NCBI GenBank assembly: GCA_963727525.1
Contig: CAVSGO010000007.1
Coordinates: 448,001 to 512,000 of the forward strand
Source: an uncultured bacterium
Lineage (GTDB): Bacteria > Krumholzibacteriota > Krumholzibacteriia > LZORAL124-64-63
Direction of reading: 5' to 3'
DNA length: 64,000 nucleotides
The position numbers were made by a program, and so were the translations under genes. Shown one piece after another: positions 50,494 to 57,697 of this stretch; the first letter of the stretch is position 1; each line of letters begins with the position of its first letter. The notes under the pieces are model-generated. The model made no database searches. It saw only the letters and a list, made by a program, of their open reading frames with translations, and was not told the DNA's origin.

Positions 50494-53400
50494 ATGCAGG
50501 TTATGGGCGATCGGTTTGATGGATTCGATAGCTATCCGCCGGGGCGCGAAGGAATTCGACGTACCGACGGGATAAGCGAGTATGAGCGGCTCGAGGAGGT
50601 CGGGGATCTCCACTTCCAGGCCGCCGCGTACTCGACTGCGCTCGATTACTACCGTCAAATCCTGCCTGCCGCGGTTCTGGACCGCTTCTCTCCTGCCCGC
50701 GCACTCGCTATCCTGCGCAAGGCACTCAACGCGCATCTCAATCTCGGGCAGATGAAACAGGTGGACGTACTTCTCGTCCGCGCGCACGCCGTGCTGAAGA
50801 ACGGGGTCGATCTCGCGCCGGCCGAGCTGGCACGGGAGCGCGCCCTGTTCATGGTGCGGCAGGCCGTCCTGCTGATGCAACGGTCGGACCATCAGGCGGC
50901 ACTGGACGTCGCGAAGCGGGCCTTCGCGATTCTCGCTCTGACAGATTTCCATGCCGAGGTCGCAAACCTCCAGCTCATCATGGGCGGTTGCCACCAGCGT
51001 ATGGGGCGACTCGACAAGGCGGAGGAGTTCTATCTCGACAGCCTGAGTACATTCCGCCGCGTGGGCGACGAGGTCGGCGCCGCTTCGCTCTATGGCAACC
51101 TCGCCCTGCTCTACAAGGTCCGTTGCTGCTGGGGCAAGGCCCTCGATCTGATGGACAAGGCGATTGCGCTCGTGGAGAAGCACGGCGCGCCGCAGCTCCT
51201 GACGGGATTCTTTCTCAACCAGGGCCTCGTCTATCTGAAGGTGGGGCGGTTCGCCGAGGCGCAGCTCGTGTTCGACAAGAGTCTGCGGCTCTGCCGGAGC
51301 CTGGGCGACCAGATCCGCGAACCCAAGGTCCTGCTGGCCCTGGGGCGACTGGAATTCCTCGAGGGGCGCCTGGCGCGGGCCGAGGAGACGGTGCTGGCCG
51401 GCAAGGCGCTCGCCGAACGTCTGCGGATGCGCCGCGAGTCCGTGATCGCCGACGAGTACTTCGGCGATATCCAGCTCGGGCGTGCTGATCCGCAGCATGC
51501 GCTGGAAACCTACGGATTCGGACTGGAGAAGAACCGCGGACTCGCGCACGCGGGCGACCTCGAGGCCGAACTCCTGCGCCGGGTCGCCGAGGCTCAGCGT
51601 CAGCTCGGTCACCACGCCGACGCCATCGCAACGGCCCACGCGGCCATAGCGGCCTGCGAGGCGAGCGGGGAAGTCTACGAGTTCGGTTTCTGCCGTCTGA
51701 CCCTGGCGCATGCCTACGCGGCACAGGGTGACTGGGAGCAGGCCGACGCGCATTTCCGGGGGGCGATCGACATCTTCCGCGGGCAGCATCTCGATCGCGA
51801 ATGGTGCGACACCGTGCTGCAGTACCTCGAGACGCGCCTCGAGTCGGCCGACAAGCCGGTCCTGCTCCTTTTGCGCCGCTTTCTCATCGACGCCCAGGCC
51901 CAGGCCGCGGCCGAGATCGGCGATGTCACCCTGTACGACTGCTTGCGCGGGCTCGTTCGGGTGCAACTTCGACTCGGACTCTTCGACGATGCTCTGCTTA
52001 CCGTATTCGAACTCGAACGCCACGCGCGCGGGCTCGACGATCCCGAGCGCCTCACGCTCGCAGAGCGCCTGCGGCAGGTGGTCGAGGCCGGCATGGTCGG
52101 GGGCCTCGAGGAAGCTGGATCCCCGCTCGTCGCGCTCTCCGGAATTCCCGGGCTCTTCAGTGCCGCGGACGGTTCGTTGACCCGTAACCTCGGATCGGTC
52201 CTGACGGCGGTGCGCGAGAAGGTGGGCGCGGATGTGGGATTCCTCGCCCTCGGGGAGCCCGGCAAACCGGCCACGTGGGGTCCCGCCGCGCGTCAGGGCG
52301 TGACGGAAAATCTCGTCGGGCAATTGCTGCGCTGGTTCGCCGATGAACGCAACCGGGATGGCGGGGATCAGGCACTCCTCGTGTCCCGGGTTTCGCGGCA
52401 CGCTGCCCTCGGCCGCGCGGTTCCGGCGCTGGCGGAGAACGTGGCGAGCTGTGTGTTCATGCCGATCACGGTGCACGACCGCGTGTTTGGGTTCTTGTTT
52501 CTAGGGCGCACCGTGGCCGAAGACGTTGCTTGTTTCGACCAGCAGGCCCTCGACTTCCTCGCGACGTACATGGGATTCCTGGCCCTGTTCCTGACCGACA
52601 AGATGCACCCTGCGGCCGAACCTCTGACCGCCTCCGAAGCCGATACGTTCGGTAACGTGATCACCCGCAACGAGCAGATGCTCGATGTGCTCTTGCTCAT
52701 CCGCAAAGTCGCGCCGAGCGATCTGACCGTGCTTCTGCGCGGCGAGACGGGGACCGGCAAGGGGTTGCTCGCCTACGCCCTGCATGCGCTCAGCCGCCGC
52801 AGCGAGCGCCGGTTCGTGGCGATCAACTGCGCCGCGATTCCTGAGACGCTGCTGGAAAGCGAACTGTTCGGTCATCTCAAGGGCAGCTTCACGGGAGCGG
52901 ATGTCGACAAGAAGGGGCTTCTCGTAGAGGCCGAGGGCGGTACGGTGTTCCTCGACGAGATCGGGAAGATGCCCCTCACGATGCAGGGCAAGCTGCTGCA
53001 CTTCCTCGACACGAAGGTGGTGCGCCCGGTAGGCTCCGCCCAGGAACGGGCGGTGGACGTGCGCATCGTCTGCGCCTCGAAATCCGATCTGCGGCAGCTC
53101 GTCGAGTCGGGACGCTTCCTCGAGGATCTCTACTTCCGATTGCTCGATTTCCCGATCGTGGTACCACCTCTGCGCGAGCGACCGGACGACATCCCGCTTC
53201 TCGCTGGCCACTTCGTGCAGCGGTTCGCAGGCGAGCTCGCGACCGAGGCGCCCGAGATCGGCAACGCGTGCATGGATGCTCTCGTCCAGTTCGACTGGCG
53301 AGGCAACGTGCGAGAGCTGGAGAAATGCCTGAAACGCGCCATGATCCTGGCGCAAGGCGAACCCGTACTGCGCCCGGATCATCTGCCGCGCGAGATGGTG

Positions 53401-53595
53401 CCATATCTCGCCGGAGGCGGTGGGGCCGACGTGATGCCACTTCGCGATATGCTGGCTGCCGTCGAGTCGCGTGAGATTGCGCGAGCCTTGCGCATGACGG
53501 CCGGCAACAAGGCGGCTGCGGCGCGCCGTCTTCAGATTTCCTATCCGAACCTTCTCAAGAAGATCCGCTTCTTCGGCCTCGCGGACGAGACCTGA
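50494..53595 (+). CDS. TPR-GAF-AAA+-HTH sigma54 enhancer-binding protein (no receiver domain)
   Basis: About 500 aa of TPR-like helices (LYGNLALLY, LNQGLVYLKVGRFAEA); GAF-like segment (SCVFMPI...FGFLFL...FDQQALDFL); GETGTGKG, ESELFGHLKGSFTGA, FLDEIG, DLYFRL, WRGNVRELE; HTH GNKAAAARRLQIS. Confidence 0.9.
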   Translation: MQVMGDRFDGFDSYPPGREGIRRTDGISEYERLEEVGDLHFQAAAYSTALDYYRQILPAAVLDRFSPARALAILRKALNAHLNLGQMKQVDVLLVRAHAVLKNGVDLAPAELARERALFMVRQAVLLMQRSDHQAALDVAKRAFAILALTDFHAEVANLQLIMGGCHQRMGRLDKAEEFYLDSLSTFRRVGDEVGAASLYGNLALLYKVRCCWGKALDLMDKAIALVEKHGAPQLLTGFFLNQGLVYLKVGRFAEAQLVFDKSLRLCRSLGDQIREPKVLLALGRLEFLEGRLARAEETVLAGKALAERLRMRRESVIADEYFGDIQLGRADPQHALETYGFGLEKNRGLAHAGDLEAELLRRVAEAQRQLGHHADAIATAHAAIAACEASGEVYEFGFCRLTLAHAYAAQGDWEQADAHFRGAIDIFRGQHLDREWCDTVLQYLETRLESADKPVLLLLRRFLIDAQAQAAAEIGDVTLYDCLRGLVRVQLRLGLFDDALLTVFELERHARGLDDPERLTLAERLRQVVEAGMVGGLEEAGSPLVALSGIPGLFSAADGSLTRNLGSVLTAVREKVGADVGFLALGEPGKPATWGPAARQGVTENLVGQLLRWFADERNRDGGDQALLVSRVSRHAALGRAVPALAENVASCVFMPITVHDRVFGFLFLGRTVAEDVACFDQQALDFLATYMGFLALFLTDKMHPAAEPLTASEADTFGNVITRNEQMLDVLLLIRKVAPSDLTVLLRGETGTGKGLLAYALHALSRRSERRFVAINCAAIPETLLESELFGHLKGSFTGADVDKKGLLVEAEGGTVFLDEIGKMPLTMQGKLLHFLDTKVVRPVGSAQERAVDVRIVCASKSDLRQLVESGRFLEDLYFRLLDFPIVVPPLRERPDDIPLLAGHFVQRFAGELATEAPEIGNACMDALVQFDWRGNVRELEKCLKRAMILAQGEPVLRPDHLPREMVPYLAGGGGADVMPLRDMLAAVESREIARALRMTAGNKAAAARRLQISYPNLLKKIRFFGLADET

Positions 53596-53845
53596 TCCCT
53601 GGAATCAACGATCGACGCCCAGGCATTGCCTTGCTGCCGCATGGAACGGATTGCGCCGCGGGGCTCCCAGGGTATAAATCTTTTTGTCATCCCAACTCAT
53701 TGTATCCAAGCGAGTTACGATTCGTGCGGGCTGATTGTAAATTCGTTTTATAGTGCGGCCCGGACACTCGCGCGCCAAAGCACTTTTCTGCTCTGCAACG
53801 TATTTTATTGTAACGACTTATAAAACAGAATAGGTCTGCTGTTTC

Positions 53846-53861
53846 CGGCATGACTTCTGCA
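53846..53861 (+). promoter_or_regulatory. sigma54 (-24/-12) promoter
   Basis: CGGCATGACTTCTGCA: GG(53847-8)-N10-GC(53859-60), with an AT-rich IHF-like site just upstream. Confidence 0.6.
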
Positions 53862-53871
53862 GATAGGGGAT

Positions 53872-54186
53872 CCGAAGGGGTGAGTAGTAGGGAACGAACC
53901 CACTTCATGGAATCAAGATCGTGACTTGGAGGCGCGGAGCGGAGACTCGCGCATACCGGCAAACGCGGGAGACGTTTTCATCATGTAGGTTCGCAACGAG
54001 GACTTAAAGAGGTGGGGTCTTTACATTCCTCGAGTGCGAACGTGGAGAACGACCGCAACACGACCTTCAAGCACGATCTTGGTCTACGTAAGAATTTTGT
54101 GAGCGAAGGGCCCTGGTTGGTTCTGAATTGGCGAGATTCAGAACCAAGATGCCGTTCTCGGCGGCGAGGGCTCTTCGCTATTCTTT
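53872..54186 (+). ncRNA. Candidate structured non-coding RNA (about 315 nt)
   Basis: Starts at the predicted sigma54 TSS; long-range helix 53914-53932/54064-54081; several inner hairpins; 3' three-way junction closed by a 13-bp stem and followed by ATTCTTT; no convincing ORF. Confidence 0.6.
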
Positions 54187-54452
54187 GTCCCCTCCGTTTC
54201 GCCGTCACCGGACGTGTGTTCCCCGGGTTGATCCCGCCGTCTCCAAAGATGGACGCTGTCCTCCGATCCGCACAGCCGCGACCCGATCGGCGACCGCACA
54301 TCGCGACCGTGACCGAGTACCTCATGGCCCAAGTGTCCGGATCCGGGTGTCATGGCAAGATCTTGTCTTATAGTGTTTTATACCGCGTATGAGCTCGGGT
54401 TGGCCTCGCTAGAAGGGCCGCCCCGACCCGGTATGGCGGCATGGGCCGGCGC

Positions 54453-54467
54453 TGGCACGAAGCCTGC
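54453..54467 (+). promoter_or_regulatory. sigma54 (-24/-12) promoter of the lipoprotein-DUF4384 operon
   Basis: TGGCACGAAGCCTGC, near consensus TGGCACG-N4-TTGC; about 45 nt upstream of the ATG at 54510, which has an AGGGAG RBS. Confidence 0.75.
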
Positions 54468-54509
54468 GATATGGTCGAGAAACACGAGGCGCCCTCGAGG
54501 AGGGAGATC

Positions 54510-55469
54510 ATGACTCGATCCGCAAGAATCCGGCACCGCGACATCGGCCTGCTGCCTCTGGGGTTAGCCCTCGCGCTGGCGTGGGCGCTATCGGGCTGCA
54601 GCAGTGATGATTGCGCCACGTGCGTCGAACCGGCACCCGTCGCTCCGACCAGCGTGTACTCGGAGAGCGGCGACAACCAGATCACGCTCTACTGGAGCGA
54701 TTTCGCCGAGATCTACAGCACCGTCGATCGCTACCAGGTCTTCAGCCGTTTCTACCAGAACGGCGACGAGAACGACCCGAACCGAACGTTCTATCTTATC
54801 GACGAGGTGGCCGTCGGCCAGAACTATGATCCCGACCTCCACCAGTACTCGTATGTCGACAATGCTGCGGACGTGGAGAACGGCGTCGACCTCGAGTATG
54901 CCGTGCGGGCGGTGTCGGCCTCGGGGCAGGCGGGCGATCTGAGCTACGAGCTGGTCATCGACACGCCGCTGCCGATGAGCGCGAGCCCCGTCGAGCTGTT
55001 CGATGCGGGCGGCGCCAATGGCAACCTCGGCGGCTTCGATTTCAGCCGGCTCGACAACGGGCGGGTGGATCCCAATGCCGTCGGAACCTCGGCCGACGTG
55101 AGGGTCGTATTCCGTGACGGCGTGCCATACCTCGAGGCCGTGCGGACCGAGGTGCATCTGCAGGATTTCGGTGTTTTCTCGGGCGGCAACGGGCAGCTCG
55201 ATTTCGCGGGGGTGTCCTGGGCACCGACCGATGGATATTCTGCGGCTGGTGTCCTCGAGATGATCGCCGGACACATCTACGTGGTCGAGATCACGAATGA
55301 ACCGGCCGGGGAGACCCACTACGCAAAGCTGGGCGTGACGAGCATCGTGCCAGCGACCCAGTCGGTCGAGGTGATGTGGGCCTACCAGCTCGTCAATGGT
55401 TTGCAGGAACTGCGTGTTCCTGACGAGCCGTCGCCGCGAGTGGACGAGTACGTCCCGATCAAGCTCTAG
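54510..55469 (+). CDS. Lipoprotein with FN3-like N-terminal domain and beta-rich C-terminal domain
   Basis: Lipobox LSGC; PVAPTSVYSESGDNQITLYW...YAVRAVS (FN3-like); GGFDFS...GHIYVV...HYAKL...WAYQ. Confidence 0.75.
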   Translation: MTRSARIRHRDIGLLPLGLALALAWALSGCSSDDCATCVEPAPVAPTSVYSESGDNQITLYWSDFAEIYSTVDRYQVFSRFYQNGDENDPNRTFYLIDEVAVGQNYDPDLHQYSYVDNAADVENGVDLEYAVRAVSASGQAGDLSYELVIDTPLPMSASPVELFDAGGANGNLGGFDFSRLDNGRVDPNAVGTSADVRVVFRDGVPYLEAVRTEVHLQDFGVFSGGNGQLDFAGVSWAPTDGYSAAGVLEMIAGHIYVVEITNEPAGETHYAKLGVTSIVPATQSVEVMWAYQLVNGLQELRVPDEPSPRVDEYVPIKL

Positions 55470-55505
55470 GGCCGCACGACGCGGTCACGACCAGGGAGGC
55501 ACGAC

Positions 55506-57365
55506 ATGACACACAGGAATGCGGACCAGCAACGACATCGCGCGTTGGTGCCCGGCCACTCGCCGGTACCTGGATTCGCGATGGTACGGGGCCTCGTGGT
55601 GATCGCCCTCCTGGTGGTTGCGGCCAGCGTGGCGGTCGGCCAGCCCGAAACGGACAAGAGTGCCCCGGCGAACACCGCCGACGCGGCTGCGCGCTATGCC
55701 GCGCAGGACCTGCGCGTCAACGTATGGGTCGACAAGGGCGGCGATGAGGTATATCGCCGCGGCGAGCTGATGAGCGTGTCGTTCCAGGCCAATGCGGACG
55801 CCTACATCGTCGTCTACCGGATCGACGCGGATGGCCGCGTGGAGATCCTCTGGCCGATCAGTCGCTACAACGATGGCTTCGCCTTCGGTGGGCACGAGTA
55901 CACGCTACCGACGAATGGTTCCGATCGGCTACGCACGGCGAGCGACGAGGGCGTGGGCTACGTGCAAGTGCTTGCCTCGCGCTATCCCTTCGATCTGCGC
56001 GCTCTCGACGTCGATTTCCACCAGGAGCCCTCGCAGCCGATCCACGACTACTACGTGACCGGTGATCCGTTCCTGGCCATGAACGAGGTCAACTTCGCCA
56101 TCACCGGGCTCGATGACCCGGGCGAGTTCGTGGTGAGCAACTACGCTTCCTACTACGTCCACCGTCAGGTCGATCATCCGCGTTACCTCTGTAGCCAGTG
56201 TCACCTCAATGACGGCTATGCGGATCGTCCGTACGATGCGGTCTGCACGATCGAGATCCACCACGACTACGGCTGGGCCAACGACTGGTGGGACACCTAC
56301 CGCTACTATCCCGTGTACTACTACCCGGCGTTCTACTACGTCGATCCGTGGTGGGGATCGCCCTGGGTGTCGTACTGGTACCGGCCGTGGTATCGCTGGC
56401 CTCTGGCCGTGGGCATCTACGACTGGTCGTACACGTGCTACGACTGGCGCTACTCGCCCTACTGGCGGGGCGACTGCTACACGGTGTCGCGCGATCTGCC
56501 GCATCGTTACCGGCCGCTCGACAAGACCCGCGTGGCCGGCGTCGACAAGCATGAAGGAAATGTCGGTTCGCGGCTGGTCACGGCGCGGCGACCGGGAAAT
56601 GACGTGGTCGCGGCCATGAAGTCTCGCGAGGCCGTGCGTAGCGATCGGGTGCGCGACGCTGTACGGAAGAACGATGTAGTGGCAGGCGGCCGGACATACC
56701 GGGACGTGAGCCCCGAGTCGCGGTCGCAGGGAAAGTTCACGCGTGACGGCCAGGGACGGACCTCCCCTGGCCTGCGCGTGCCGGAGAGGGGCGGGAGCGG
56801 TACGGCGCGTGCCGGCGACCGGGGTTCCCGCCCCACCGCCGACCGGCCGATCAGCCCCGCCGGCGGTCGAAAAGTCCTCGGCCCCCGCGTGGAACCGGGC
56901 ACGCCGGATCGCAGCGAGCGAGTCCAGGATACCCGTAGCGGGCGCGAGAGCGGTACGAATCGCCAGACCGGTGACCGCCGAACCATCAGGCCGGTCGAGC
57001 CTCGTCAAGGCTCGGTCTGGTCGGGCCGACGCGGGTCGAGCTCGCGGGGTTCCGAGCCTGCCCGCCCGGCGGAACCGGCGCGCGGCGGTAGCAGTGGCAA
57101 ATCTGGCAGCAGCGGCTCGTCTGGTCGCGTGGAACGCCCCTCCTCGCCGAGTCGCAGCGAAGGCACGTCGCAGAACCGCGAATCCTCGTCCAGTGGCCGA
57201 AGCAGCCACTCGAGCGGCAGCCGCGGCAGTTCCGTCAAGTCTTCGGGGTCGTCGCGCGGATCGTCGCCGGCGCAATCCTCGGGCGGTTCGGCGCGCTCCT
57301 CCTCGGGTACGAGCCGCGGGAGCTCGGGTCGCAGCAGCAGCCAGACCAGGGGAGGCCGGCGCTAG
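55506..57365 (+). CDS. DUF4384-domain exported protein with W/Y-rich segment and S/G/R-rich disordered tail
   Basis: Signal peptide; VWVDKG...YRRGE...DAYIVVYRIDADGRVEILWP (DUF4384-like); WGSPWVSYWYRPWY; low-complexity C-terminus; start may be 55581. Confidence 0.75.
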   Translation: MTHRNADQQRHRALVPGHSPVPGFAMVRGLVVIALLVVAASVAVGQPETDKSAPANTADAAARYAAQDLRVNVWVDKGGDEVYRRGELMSVSFQANADAYIVVYRIDADGRVEILWPISRYNDGFAFGGHEYTLPTNGSDRLRTASDEGVGYVQVLASRYPFDLRALDVDFHQEPSQPIHDYYVTGDPFLAMNEVNFAITGLDDPGEFVVSNYASYYVHRQVDHPRYLCSQCHLNDGYADRPYDAVCTIEIHHDYGWANDWWDTYRYYPVYYYPAFYYVDPWWGSPWVSYWYRPWYRWPLAVGIYDWSYTCYDWRYSPYWRGDCYTVSRDLPHRYRPLDKTRVAGVDKHEGNVGSRLVTARRPGNDVVAAMKSREAVRSDRVRDAVRKNDVVAGGRTYRDVSPESRSQGKFTRDGQGRTSPGLRVPERGGSGTARAGDRGSRPTADRPISPAGGRKVLGPRVEPGTPDRSERVQDTRSGRESGTNRQTGDRRTIRPVEPRQGSVWSGRRGSSSRGSEPARPAEPARGGSSGKSGSSGSSGRVERPSSPSRSEGTSQNRESSSSGRSSHSSGSRGSSVKSSGSSRGSSPAQSSGGSARSSSGTSRGSSGRSSSQTRGGRR

Positions 57366-57398
57366 GCATCGTCGGGAGTACATCGTCGTCATGGGTAT

Positions 57399-57582
57399 TG
57401 TGTTGGTGTCTTTTCCCCCCATCACCCGGCTGACCGGAAGGGACTCGGATCCTCGCAGAGGTTGGCAGCCAAGGAGAGGGAAGAGCACGGAAGGACGGTC
57501 GGGGACCACCAACACATGTGGAAGGGTCCGGAGCGAAGCTGTTGTCGATCAGGGGTGGCAATGTCGGAGCCCGGACCCTTCC
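57399..57582 (+). ncRNA. Candidate structured RNA element (3' UTR or small RNA), GGA-rich
   Basis: TGTGTTGGTG(57399-408)/CACCAACACA(57507-16) closes a multibranch domain; GGAAGGGTCCGG(57520-31)/CCGGACCCTTCC(57571-82) is a perfect 12-bp stem; strand inferred from the upstream operon. Confidence 0.45.
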
Positions 57583-57616
57583 CAGATTCTGAAGACTCGA
57601 GCCGCGGCGGGAGTGT

Positions 57617-57645
57617 TTGACCCCCGCCCGGCGTGTTCTTATCAT
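57617..57645 (+). promoter_or_regulatory. sigma70-type promoter
   Basis: TTGACC-N17-TATCAT. Confidence 0.6.
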
Positions 57646-57697
57646 GGCCGGCACCTCGCATCGGACGGAATCCGACATCCCCGAAAGGTCCAGGTCG

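Noticed and set aside
53621-53655. Additional sigma54-like motifs (AGGCATTGCCTTGC, TGGAACGGATTGC)
   Set aside because: GG-to-GC spacing is 9 and 8 nt rather than the required 10
54012-54392. 126-aa ORF and other short ORFs in the 53.6-54.5 kb gap
   Set aside because: No recognisable motifs or good RBS; they cross promoter elements and dense RNA helices, so a non-coding reading fits better
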